This document shows, in pieces, positions 38,455 through 49,566 of a stretch of 64,000 nt of DNA (positions are counted from its first letter, which is position 1; every line of letters starts with the position of its first letter). The notes under the pieces are model-generated. The model worked only from the letters and a program-made list of their open reading frames with translations. It was not told where the DNA came from and did no database searches. The translations under genes were made by a program, and so were the position numbers. The stretch comes from Saprolegnia diclina VS20 (lineage: Eukaryota), in the NCBI RefSeq assembly GCF_000281045.1, contig NW_008246090.1:426608-490607 (forward strand), read 5' to 3'.

Positions 38455-39018
38455 GCGAGTGTTGTCGAGGACATTAACGTATATTTTTGCCTACAAGTTT
38501 CGGTTTCATAGAGGCTACATAACGTATTTCGACAAGGTACGAATGAGGGAAGCTATAGTTAAGGTATTGTCCTTCAAGGTGTCGCCGACACTCGACTGAG
38601 CCATCAAAAGTAGGCGTCGCATCAACGCCGCCTTCGCTGACCACAATCGGCGTTATGTGGCAGTGACAACTATGCCTCGTTGCCGTTACGACGAGAAAAG
38701 CGCCCGGGAGAGCGCAGTAAGTGACGTGAGAAACACTGCCTGGTGGACAAGGCAGAAACTACAATTCAGCGCCTTGGTGGTACCACTGGTTGTACAGAGT
38801 GTGACGCTCGGCGCGTAAACGCCCAAGCCGCAAAGGCACAGACAAAGGCTACTCGTAAAGAACCCAACGATCTTCGAGCGCAGTACTACAATTGCCCCAC
38901 GCTCCGCGCATCATTCCAGCGAGTATGAATCCCGAGACACCGATCGAGGCGCCGCGGATGTTCCCGCCTGCAACCACGATGACAGCGGTTGGTGGCAAGT
39001 CGCAGAGCGCCGTAGACG

Positions 39019-39474
39019 ATGACCACGTCGCAGCGGATGGCGACAACACGCACGATGCAAGCAAAGCTCATGGACCTGCTCGTGGCCATCGCTAAGCCGC
39101 AGGCTACGGCGGAGCAAGCGCCTGTGTTTCAAACGACCGAGGCAATCGAGGTCCACGAGATGGTGACGATGAGCGACGTGTATACCACCGCGAAGGCACC
39201 GCTGCCGCCGATTCCCGAGTGTACAAGTGCAGCGATGGCACGATCCCAGAGCCTTGCTGAGCGTCGCGGCGTGAGAGCCCGCGCTGCACCCCGGGCAACG
39301 ACGATTTCGGGTTATCACCTCCGCACAACGACTACCCCGGAAGAGTCCACATCAGCGGGTTTTACCAGAATCAGTGGTGGAAGCCACTACATTGAGAACC
39401 TGGATGAAATGGTCAAGCGCATGGAGGCCAAACTAAAGGCGCAGGAGGGAAACGCTGGAGAAGCAAATTTGTAA
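39019..39474 (+). CDS. Short ORF 2 (151 aa) with tail motif split by a low-complexity insert
   Basis: MQAKLMDLL...EQAPVFQT, then IENLDEMVKRMEAKL. Confidence 0.55.
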   Translation: MTTSQRMATTRTMQAKLMDLLVAIAKPQATAEQAPVFQTTEAIEVHEMVTMSDVYTTAKAPLPPIPECTSAAMARSQSLAERRGVRARAAPRATTISGYHLRTTTTPEESTSAGFTRISGGSHYIENLDEMVKRMEAKLKAQEGNAGEANL

Positions 39475-39997
39475 CTTTAAGTGCAGTTTTCTCCAGAAAC
39501 GACTTCGGTGGGGTCAAAATGACATCAATATGCATGGCAATTCGCATCCCATCCTTGTACCAGTGAACCGGTCGAAAATAAAATTGTGAAAAATGAATAT
39601 AATTACCTGCACCATTATCGACGGCCCCGAACCCGCGGGATGGCGAAAAAAGCACAACACGCGTAGCGTCTGTCTGTACTAGTCCTCTTCGGACTAAAAA
39701 TTAGCAGTTAATGGTGGCTTCTCCGAAACCATATCATGCACTCTTTTTGGCCACATGACAATCAATCATTGCGACCAAAGTCCACCACCCTGCACCCGAT
39801 GTTCTCTTGATCTCGCAAATGCACACGCGACACGAAGAGAAGGTTCGCGGCTCTCGGTGTGCAGGTAAGCACCGTTAGCTGCACCGTAGCATGTATTTTC
39901 TCCAAATCCTAAATTCAGTGCCATTTGTTGCGTGGGACGCACGCAATCTCGAAACCGCAAGACACATTCAAAGTAGCCCCATCTAGCGCAGGTTGAA

Positions 39998-40231
39998 ATG
40001 AAGCACCCCACGGATTCCCAAAGCACCAAGACAAACCTCGTGGACATGGGTCTAGTCACGGAGAGCGGGAGAACCATGGAAGTCAGCCTCGTGGAATATC
40101 TGCGTCGCACGACCATTGCGCAACAAAAAATCGCAGCGAAGCAACGACATCGCTTTCCAGTGATCGACGCGAGCGCGCCGCAGCGCTGTGTGCTTGAAGA
40201 AGGCTCGATTGAAGCGTACTGCAGTATATGA
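39998..40231 (+). CDS. Short ORF 3 (77 aa), degenerate tail-only ORF; may be a pseudogene
   Basis: MEVSLVEYLRRTTIAQQKIAAKQ resembles the tail motif; paralogous to ORF 4. Confidence 0.45.
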   Translation: MKHPTDSQSTKTNLVDMGLVTESGRTMEVSLVEYLRRTTIAQQKIAAKQRHRFPVIDASAPQRCVLEEGSIEAYCSI

Positions 40232-40673
40232 TAAATCATCTTTTTTGATGGCAATTACTACGTAGTATTGTGCAAGGGTTTGCTCGACGTGCGCGATAAT
40301 TGCAATCGTCGATGGCACCAGCTACGAGCAGTGCAAAGGTGCTTCCACGCCCCGACCCGTACCCTTTTCTCTTAATCTCGCAAATGCACACGCGATACGC
40401 CAGGAAGGTGTCGTTCTTGTCGACTGCTTTTAATCTACCGGTTTAGAAACTGGTTTAGGTCGATTCGGGTTGGAGTTCCGGAGAGGGCCCCACTTTCTAA
40501 TTCGATATGAAGAGAAGATTCGCGGTGCGCAGATGATCAAGCACCGTGCATTCTTCTTTCCCGATCCTAAAATTCAGCGCCATTTGAAATGTTCGTCGCG
40601 TGCGCGTCACGCCATCTCGGAAAAGGCAAAGCGCATGACACATTCAAAGTGGCCACGCCAGGCAAGCGTCGCA

Positions 40674-40931
40674 ATGTATCGCCCCACAGATCCCGAAAGC
40701 ACCAAGACAAGCCCCACGGGCGCGAAACTAGTCTCTACGGGCGTCACGACCATGGAATTGGACAAGCTAACCGAGTTGCTCATCCTCACGACCAATACGC
40801 ACAACCAGCTCGCAGCGGAGCAAGGACATTTGTTCCAAGCCATAAACGCGCGCCCGTCTGATAGCAACGCGCTCGAAGAAGCGGTCCAGCGCCTCGAGGC
40901 CAAGCAAATTGAGAACCAGAAGAACGCGTAA
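40674..40931 (+). CDS. Short ORF 4 (~85 aa), tail-only ORF
   Basis: LTELLILTTNTHNQLAAEQGHLFQAI...ALEEAVQRLEAK aligns along the whole tail motif. Upstream in-frame ATGs exist. Confidence 0.6.
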   Translation: MYRPTDPESTKTSPTGAKLVSTGVTTMELDKLTELLILTTNTHNQLAAEQGHLFQAINARPSDSNALEEAVQRLEAKQIENQKNA

Positions 40932-41277
40932 GTATATGTAGGAAGAAAATATTTTTTCTTGTCAGCAACTGTTGTGCAAGGTCATTTCATTATAACGTTA
41001 GCATCTCATCTTCAGAGCTTGATTCCGCGAAGAAGAAGAGAAAGATCACATTTGCAGTCGTCCAAACATCGCCCTCCTCTCGCCGAGATCTACGTCACTA
41101 TTTTAATAGTCGACCCACATCAACAACACAATAATATCGGAATGGAGTATCCCGCTGTACCCAGGGCAGAGAGAGAAGCACCTTCGACGACAGGCATGGT
41201 TGATGTCCGCAGCTGAACCTCAAACCTCTAAGCTTAAACCTGTCACGAACGGGGTGTTGACAAGCTCAGCCTACTGT

Positions 41278-41604
41278 TGTTGGAATGAGTCTATTGAGAT
41301 ATTATTTCCTACAGGTTTTTCTGTTTTGTTTACACGGTGCGTTGAGAGGCGGGCGTCTTTTGGCGAGGGTGCGTTTTTTTATGTTTGTTGTGGGAGGTTT
41401 TTCCTTCGAGGCTAAGTGAGTAACGACGCCCTCTTTGCCAATCCCGAACGGGTTACGGCACGTCGGTCCTTCCGATTGGGTACACCGCGCAGAGGCAGGA
41501 GGTCGGCCAATTGAATTTGCATGCGCGCAGCTGGATTTGAACCCGCTATCCGTTCGAGCTCGAATTTAAGTGGAACGCCTCGACCACTACACCAGGGGCC
41601 GACC
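41278..41604 (-). mobile_element. tRNA-derived SINE-like element (~327 bp) with 15-bp target-site duplication
   Basis: AGCTCAGCCTACTGT at 41263-41277 and 41605-41619; minus-strand head has A-box TGGTGTAGTGG and B-box GGTTCAAATCC; short CAACA 3' end. Confidence 0.75.
41522..41600 (-). pseudogene. Degenerate tRNA-like sequence (Leu-TAA-like), head of the SINE
   Basis: Pol III boxes and CTTAAAT loop present; acceptor and anticodon stems mispaired. Confidence 0.6.
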
Positions 41605-41947
41605 AGCTCAGCCTACTGTACTACAGCTGTACTAGTATGATATTAGACAACAGTCGCAAAGCTCTCGGCCGACCCGAGGCTCTCGACGCCCTGAAAGACG
41701 ATAATGGGGTTAACGACTAACTTCTCGTCAGTCTTGATCTCGAGCTCCTGCACAATGAGCTCGACGAGCTCGAGGCTTGAATAGAGTTTGACATTGTGCT
41801 GCACGCAGAGCCGGTGCCTAGCTTTGACCATCATTCTTTTAGAAAATGATGGTCGCTACGTTGCCATTGGTCCGTAGCCCGGGCACCTGTTCATGTCGCA
41901 CATAAAAACGAGCCTTTCGAAAGTGCACTTTCCAAAAGACGACGACG

Positions 41948-43064
41948 ATGGCATTGCCCACGCTTGAGCCCGCCGACTTGCTATCGCCGTCCGCCTACGC
42001 GTCGGCGAGCAGCTGCAAAGGCTGCACCGTGTGCCTCCGCCCGTTCTCATTCTTTGCCGCCAAGCTCCATTGCGCCCTGGTACTTCAATCGCTTGACATT
42101 TGCGTTGATGATGATGCATCATCTATTGCGTAGTGTGGCGAGGTGGTTTGCCAAGCCTGCACGCAGTTGGCTTCGGTCGAGACGCACTCGGCACAAGTGA
42201 AAGTGTGCTCGCCGTGCTATGAGAACCACCCGCACCTCTTTGGCCGCTACAAGCCGCAGGGTGCGGATGGCACCGACGAGTGCCATCGCCCGGGTCCGCG
42301 CAAGTGGCCAAGCGACCAACGCTTCATTCGACCCGACCAAATCGCAGCGCCGCGCGCAGCGCGTGTTGACTGCGCCCGCTGCCGCCGCCCGTTTCCGTGG
42401 CTCAGCACAACCTATGGCTGTGCGACGGTACTAAGACGCATGCACCAAGGACGTGGATGAATGATATGAGTAGTGCGGCGACCACTACTGCTCCGAGTGC
42501 ACGCTTGCGGGTCTTGCTTTGCGTCCCGACGGCCATTCGTCCTACGACGTGCGGGTATGCTCGACGTGTGCGATGATTGCAATCGTCGATGGCGGCAGCT
42601 ACGACCAGTGCAAGGTGCTGCTGCCGCAGATCCGTGCGCTCTTCCACGCACCCGACTTTCCGTCAAACACAACGTCGCTGGACCGCGACAGCGTACTGCG
42701 CAAGGCGCTGGACTTTGACACCAGGGCCATTCTCCCCGAGAGCAGTCTCGCGACGGAGGCCGCGTTGGTGTCGCTGTACGAACGCAACACTTGCTCTAGC
42801 TGCAGTAGCTGGGGCCGCTTTCTGCTGACCAAGCGCCATTGCGCTGTGGTACGTTGGGTGTTTCTAGCTTCTGGTGGTGATGCCTCGTGATAGTGCGGTG
42901 ACGTGGTGTGTGCGCGCTGTCTGCTCTCCAAGCTCGCAGCATCGCTGCCGGCGCTGAACACGGTGCGTGCAGTCCCCGAGTGTTTTCAATGCAACGCCAA
43001 GCAGTGCTTTGGGCCCAACCCGTGGCTTCCCGCCGCCCCCGCGAGCAAGTTGTGGGAGCCCTAA
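41948..43064 (+). CDS. Triple FYVE-like zinc finger protein, paralog 1, spliced
   Basis: Three CxxC...(H/Y)xCxx|CGxxxCxxC...CxxC units once three introns are removed. Confidence 0.75.
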
Positions 43065-43626
43065 CCCTACAACCAGCGACACTGGTGATCGGTAGCGCGT
43101 TAGTTTGGCGTACTGAAAACGGCGGGTTAAATGCCATGCTATATCGCAACCACGAGTATATTTCAACACATCTCTTGCTTGGTTTAGCGCGGGAAAGAGT
43201 CGGCTTCATGATGGTGTGTCACCGCCTCCACGCTACTCGTACAAGTGAACGTTGCTGCTCGAAGTTCTTTGCTCATTTTCGGGGATTGCTTGCTGAAGCA
43301 GAGGCTCTCCTGGGGTATGGCCTGCGATACATCGATAGCATGAAGCAGCACACTAGTGTTATCTGCCGCACGGACGCAAAACTCTAGGATTGACGAAGTA
43401 GCGTGGTGGACTGTGGACCCCTCGCTGCCACAACGCATGCCATGGCGGTAATGTTTTTCGCTGCCGTCCACGTTATTCGCTGCCTCTTGTTTCGTCTCCA
43501 CGGATCAGTCCATGGTTTGGTTAATGTTGTTCTCGACGGCCAAACATCAACGACGATGACGACAATGACGTGGCCAACCCTGGTATGGTCTATTCCGGGC
43601 GACGTTTCACCTCGGGGCTTTCTAGC

Positions 43627-45251
43627 ATGGTGCTGCACCCTGCGCGGACAGACCGGCCCGTGACCAAGCTACCGCTGCTACTAACGGCGTCGCCCAGCAA
43701 CGTCGGTGTTCAAATCGACTCGTATCGCAGCAAAGATGTCTTCAACCGACCCCGCTCGACTGCGTTCACGTCGGCGTTTCACGGCTTTATGTTTGAGGAC
43801 CACCGGCTACAGAACGCGCCCCGCATGTCACTGCGCGATGCCCAACGGTGGGCCTCTTGTCTTTGACTCGATCGCGTCGCTCAGTCACGGTGCGTAGCGC
43901 CCAGGACGCGGTGCGGCGGCAAGAGAAGCTCGCTGCCTACGCCGTCGCTCGGCACGAAGCCCACATCCAGCTCGAAGAGAAGCGCAAGCACCGCGAGTAC
44001 CTTCGCCGTCTCCGCATTTGGGAGCACCACCAAGCGCTCAAAGATGAGAGCGAGCGGCAATGGGAACACGAATGCGCCAACCGGATTCAAGCGCTGCACC
44101 GCGGCTACGTGGTGCGCAAGGAGCTCGCGGCGCTGCATGCGGCGGCTGCGCAGATCCAAGCGCATGTTCGCCGCATGACGGCACAAGCAGCATACCGGGC
44201 GCGCCGCGTCGCCGTGAGCCAGGTGCGACTACCTTGACGAGTGCGATCGATCGTAAGGTCGGTGGCGTAGGAGGCATCGGCGACGCGGATCCAGGCCTAC
44301 ATGCGCCGTCACTTGGTGGCAAAGCGATACCCTCGGCGTCCTCGCCCAGCGTCCGTTGTATTGCCCCCCAAAGCAAGCAACGACCAAGTGGTGGAGCCCT
44401 TGGGCCAGCGGGATGCGGCGTTAATAGCACTACCCCCGACGGTTGCCAGCCCGGCGACAGCAGTTGCATGCGACACCGACACCATGGTGACGAGCAAGGA
44501 CGACACGGACTACCCAGCACAAAGCGAGCGCCGCGCACCGACGACGGTGTCGATCGTTAGAACGCCCGCGCCACCACCGACGCGACCGTGCACGACCGTG
44601 CTCAAGCGTGTCGGGGGTGGGTTTCGCAAAATCTTTCAAAAGCCACCGACGCCCAAGCCGGTGACGGCACCGCGGCGAACATCGCCGCAACGCCCCGCGC
44701 CATCAACGCCCAAGCAGCAGACATGGAATGACATTGCGAGCCGGCCGTTACCGCAACCCAAAGCACTTCAAATGTACATCCAGGACCCCAACCTGGCCGA
44801 GAAGCTGCACATGACGCTGCCGCTGGGCGAGGCGACTCCGTACACCTCGGTCGACCGAGCGCTCCTCGGGGCCGACGACTGCGAAGAAAGCAACAACAAC
44901 AACAATGACAACGACGCCATGTCGTGTCCAGAGACGCCGTTGGGCGCGTCCGCCGTCACCATGTTTTCGTTTGGCAAAAATCCGCTCGAGGTGGCCGACT
45001 GGAGCGTCCTATTGGACAAGGACTTGGACGCTCGACCGCACGAGACACCGCCTATCACTCTTGTCCGTCCAGCGTCCCGAAAAGAGAGACCTGTCTCGAA
45101 CCGATCCAACGGCAGCCGACCCGACTCGGCCGACAGGGTTGCAGAAGTCGTGGCACCGCTCACGTACACCCCGTCGTCCGACGAGCAACTCCGGGCCTTT
45201 GAAGCATATGCGTGCATGTCTCGCCCAAGTAGCTCCAGTGGATGCAACTGA
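43627..45251 (+). CDS. IQ-motif (calmodulin-binding) protein with Pro-rich tail, spliced
   Basis: IQALHRGYVVRK, IQAHVRRMTAQ, IQAYMRRHLVAK. Confidence 0.75.
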
Positions 45252-45666
45252 GTGAACCAGGTTTTTGCGGATTGTCCTTCCCTTGACTCACTCAAGGTGT
45301 ATCCCCGTGTTGTGCCCAACCACGGTAGTCTCACAGCTGTGGCCCGTAGTAGCATCGTGGACAAAGCGATGTAGTACGTCGTCTGGACTCGGTGGAAACT
45401 GGCAAGGGAATTACACCTTGCTGGAAACGACGTCCAAGCGCACCGGCCGCGAGAAGGACATGTGTACACGTTGTACATGCGTTCTTCATACGTAGACGCA
45501 TCTCTTATATACCCTTGGTAGACGGGTTAGATAATACTTGCAAGCATAGTTTCTTCTCTTTGTATCTGTCACATCGGGATCACGTCATGGACTAGGAACC
45601 GAATTGAAACGCAGCCCCTAAAATACACTTCAAGTCGTCGTACCATCGTTGACGACGGCATCGCGG

Positions 45667-47506
45667 ATGCCGAGCGCCATCGACAGCTGCAAGCGTATTC
45701 TGGATGGCATTAGCCGCGACTTGCGGCACCAGCTTCTTCGGCGCAAGGTCGTTTGCGAGCTCAAGGCGCGTCGGCGCGGCACGCGTCCTATCCACGCACG
45801 CCACGTTCGTCGCTGTTACCACGTACTACTCCGCCATCTCGCTCGGACCTTGCACGACCGTCGGCATGCGTCCTATGAATGGCAAAGTACTCGAGAATCT
45901 CTTATGAAGAATCGCAGCTGCCGGTGGTCGTTGCGGTGGTCGCAGCCCCTACGGCGCATCCAGCAGCACTGGCGTGCCGTTCGGTCCAGGTCTTGTATTG
46001 CTGCAGATTTGTTCAGCATGACGATGCGTGTACTGCTACGGTAGGCTGCAAACTGTGCTTGAGGCCGAGCGTCTCTGCCTTGACGACGTTGCGGCCACCG
46101 ACCGTGCGCTATCGTGCTCGCCGCACAATGGTGTCCAAAAGGCAACCGGCATTGTCTGCGTGAAATGCTCGGCACGTATTGACAACTCGAAGCGCCACTT
46201 TCTGTTTGTCCAGAGCTTGGACAAGACAGCGTTCGAGTACGATGTCAACACGCTTCGTCCGCGTCTCTCTCAGCTGCTCCACCAGCTCCAAATGACCCGC
46301 GCCGACCTCGAGTCGCAGCTTGGCAGTGGCCGGTACGAAGTGGTCGTCACGGCCGCGCTGCTCATTCAGGCCACGTACGCTACATGGCGCGCCGCCAAGC
46401 AAGAAGCCAGCGCCACCGCGAGATGGAAGATGTCGATACAGCGGTATGATATGCGCCAACGCCGACGAGTCGCCGCCAAAGACGTGCTTCGGCTCCAACG
46501 GGCGTGGCGGGCGCGAGAGCGTCAGCCGTCGGCGGTGGTACCCGTGGTCATGGCACCGCCGCCAGACGCTCTCGACAGTGAGCGACGCGCGTCCATACGA
46601 GAAGCGGCGCAACTACTGGTGTCTCTACCACCAACCACGCCAGAGACATCGCTCGGGACACTGCGCCAAGCAGCCCCGGAAACGAATGTGCTTGGCGTCT
46701 TGCCTCCGCTGATATCATTCGGACGACGTCCAAGTGCCCGGGTCAAGGTAGAGCCGGCCGAGTATCGATGCTTTGCGCCTCAGTGCGGCGGCCGGCGATT
46801 CACGCATCGCAAATGGTACGAAGCCCATCTGCAAAAGGTACGGCGAGATTGCACGGTGAGCAATAACGTTATATTCCCATGTGTCACGTAGCACTACAAG
46901 GCCAAGGAGCGCATCGCCGCTGAGAAGGCCTTTCTAAGCCGGCTGCAGTCTACTATGGTCAAGGCGACTGGCGTCTTGCCACCTATCCACACCTTGTCCG
47001 CACCGCCACCGCCTGTCGCACACAGTGCGCCGCGTTCGGCCACGACGCTGCCCCCGCTCACTGCACCGCCGCTTAGCGCCGTGTTGCAGCTCATTCGACT
47101 CGACGAGCCGTCGCCGCCACGCATCATTCGCATCGTCGACTCGCACGTTCTCGGCCGCAGCTCGACCCGCTGTGACTTTGTGATCGAGAGCCAGCATTTT
47201 CAAGGCCTCGTGAGCAAATGCCATGCACGCATCTCGGTCCACGGCCATGGCGATACGGCCGCGTACGTCGTGTGGATATGCAGACGGCGGTCACCTCATA
47301 CATCCTGGGCTAGGCCCGCGGTACAGCTCGACGACCTTGGCAGCACGAATGGCACGTTTGTCAATGGCGAGCTCGTGACGTCGGCCATCCACTTGGTTGT
47401 CGGCGACCTCGTCGAGCTGGGGCGCGTCCGCGGCAAGCCCGAGAGCGGCGTCGTGTACGCCTGCCGGTCACCGACCCTCGTCGTCGACCTCCGCCAGCTT
47501 CCATGA
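45667..47506 (+). CDS. IQ-like + C2H2 zinc finger + FHA domain protein, spliced
   Basis: IQQHWR, IQATY, LQRAWR; CFAPQC...YEAHLQKH; FHA motifs LGRS, VSKCHARI, DLGSTNGTFVNG. Confidence 0.7.
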
Positions 47507-47575
47507 TCACGCGAGCAATCGAAATGTCCGGATAGACTGGCACCGTATCCGGTGTATCATTTCCAGGATTGCAGG

Positions 47576-48030
47576 ATGCAAGGCTTGTCGGTCAGCACAA
47601 CGCGGAAGCTCTTTGCCTGCCAGCTCGTGGCCTGCCAAGCGATCCCTGAGAGCCGCAGCAAGTACACGTATCGAGGCGTCGACCTCACGCGGGCATGGGT
47701 CCAGGTACGAGCGCGGCCATCCTGGGCGGCTACCACTTGGATACACTATTCTAGGGTGTCATCGTCGCGACCGAGGCAAGCCCGCAGCGCATTGCGCTTG
47801 ACGACGGCACGGGCATCATCTGGGTGCACGTCGAGAACGTACTCAAGAACACGCGGTCGCTCTCGCTGCCCATTGGCGCGTATGTCATGGTCATTGGCCC
47901 GCCGACAGGGCGCGAGATGCTGCAAGCGCACCAGGTGATGCCATTGAGCGTCGGCCGCGAAGCGCTGTGGTGGCTCGAGGTCGCCGAGTACTGGCACCTC
48001 CTCGTGCCCCCTGTGATCGAGCTCGAGTAG
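47576..48030 (+). CDS. RMI2: RMI2-like OB-fold protein, one intron
   Basis: RAWVQG, LDDGTG, GAYVMVIG, EALWWLEV. Confidence 0.75.
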
Positions 48031-48159
48031 ATTCGTGAACGCTATCATGTTTTTCAGTTATATATGGTACTAACACGCCCCGCTGCCGCCATTCTCCGCC
48101 GTCTTCTTTACATGCTTCACACATACGCAGCGAGGTCGTGTGACAACGACGAGGACGCA

Positions 48160-49566
48160 TTAAATGCTGTCGAGCTTGGCTTCCATGCGCTTGACCGCGT
48201 CCGCAAGCTTGTCGATCTGCGCCGTGTGCTGGCCCAATGTCTGGAACATAGCGCCCTGCTGCGTCGCGAGCTGCTGCTGCGTCTCGGTCGTCCGACAGAG
48301 TAGATCCATGAGCATCGTCTCGAGCTTGGGACCGGCCACGACTTGGCCATCGCCGGGCCCGGCGTTCTGAACGACAAGGTCCTGCGTCGCGAGGTTAGGT
48401 GTGGGCACGAGTGCGCTCGCCTCGAGCGACGCCTGCGACTGCAGCGGCTGCGGCGGCGGCACGGCACGGACAAATGACGACGCGTTGTCATCGGCCGCGA
48501 GCGTGTTTCGCCGGTCCTCCAAGTGCTTCATGGCCACATTTGAGAGCTTCTCGAGCGTCGTAATGTCACACGTCGCGCGCGGCTCCGTGTCAAACACAAA
48601 GACCGTGCCAATGACATGTCCGGACGGCGTCACGATCGGGGAGCCCGCGTAGAAGCGGATGCTGGCCGCGCCGGTCACCAACGGGTTCTTGGCGAACCGC
48701 TTGTCCTGCTTGGCATCGAGAACGACCATGGTCTCCTTGGAGATGATCGTGTGAGCGCAGAACGACACGTTGCGCGGAATATCACCCTGCGCCAAGCCGA
48801 CATTGGCCTTGAACCACTGCCGGTCCTTGTCCATGAGCGAGACGACCGCGATCGGGCAGTTCATGGCTTTGGACGCCAGGTCGCAAATGATCTCGAACGT
48901 GTCTTCGCGCGGCGTGTCCAAAATGTTGAAGCTCCGGAGAACGGTGAGTCGCTCGTCTTCATTCGGGAGCTCTGGCGGCTTGGGCCACGGGTAGCCCCAG
49001 CTAAAGTCGAGTGGGTAGTCGTAGCTCATCGGCACGTCGCGCTCCGTGTAGTGGTGCACGTCGTTGCCAATCGACGACTCGACCGGCGACTGCAAATGGC
49101 TCGGCACGCCGTCGTCACGCGACGAGTACCGACCGGATTTGTCCGACATGATGCGCGTGTTGCGGAACGACGCCGACTGCCCAACGCCCGCGTGGCCCAA
49201 GGACGGCTTGGGCTGCTGCGCCGGTGCAGGGCCGTTCTTGGCGTGGTTGAGGATGCACGTCATGCACACCTTGACCTCGATGCGGCTGCCGCGCTGGACC
49301 TCGGCCCACTTGCGCAACAGGCATGCGTTGCAGACCACTTCGCCGCACTAGGACGCTTTAGCATGGAGACGGATGGTTGGCGGCGGGCTTACCATGCGGC
49401 AGTGGTGCTTGCGCCGAAAGCTGCCAAAGTTGCGCGTGCAGAGGTTGCAGCGCGACCGCTCGTTGTCGGGCACCCACTCGGTGTTGTTCTTGATCTGGTC
49501 CGCCGAGAGCACCTCGTTCATGCTCCGCGCCATGAGCATCTCGTTCCGGCTGTTGTCGCGGGGCAT
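48160..49566 (-). CDS. FYVE-GAF-coiled-coil protein 1
   Basis: WVPD, RKHHCRM|CGEVVC, GAF motifs (RQWFKA, FCAHT, RFAKNPLV, IRFYAGSP) and conserved tail. Confidence 0.92.

Larger units (their letters stand above)
39800..40931 (+). repeat. Diverged tandem duplication (units ~39800-40231 and ~40365-40931) covering upstream region and ORF
   Basis: Shared blocks TTCTCTT(G/A)ATCTCGCAAATGCACACGCGA, ATCCTAAA(A)TTCAG(T/C)GCCATTTG, GACACATTCAAAGT, AAAGCACCAAGACAA. Confidence 0.85.

Noticed and set aside
41522..41600. Functional tRNA-Leu gene
   Set aside because: Acceptor and anticodon stems do not pair well; better explained as a SINE head.
41643..41834. 63-aa minus-strand ORF with coding-like codons
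   Set aside because: No recognisable motif; cannot be supported without a search.
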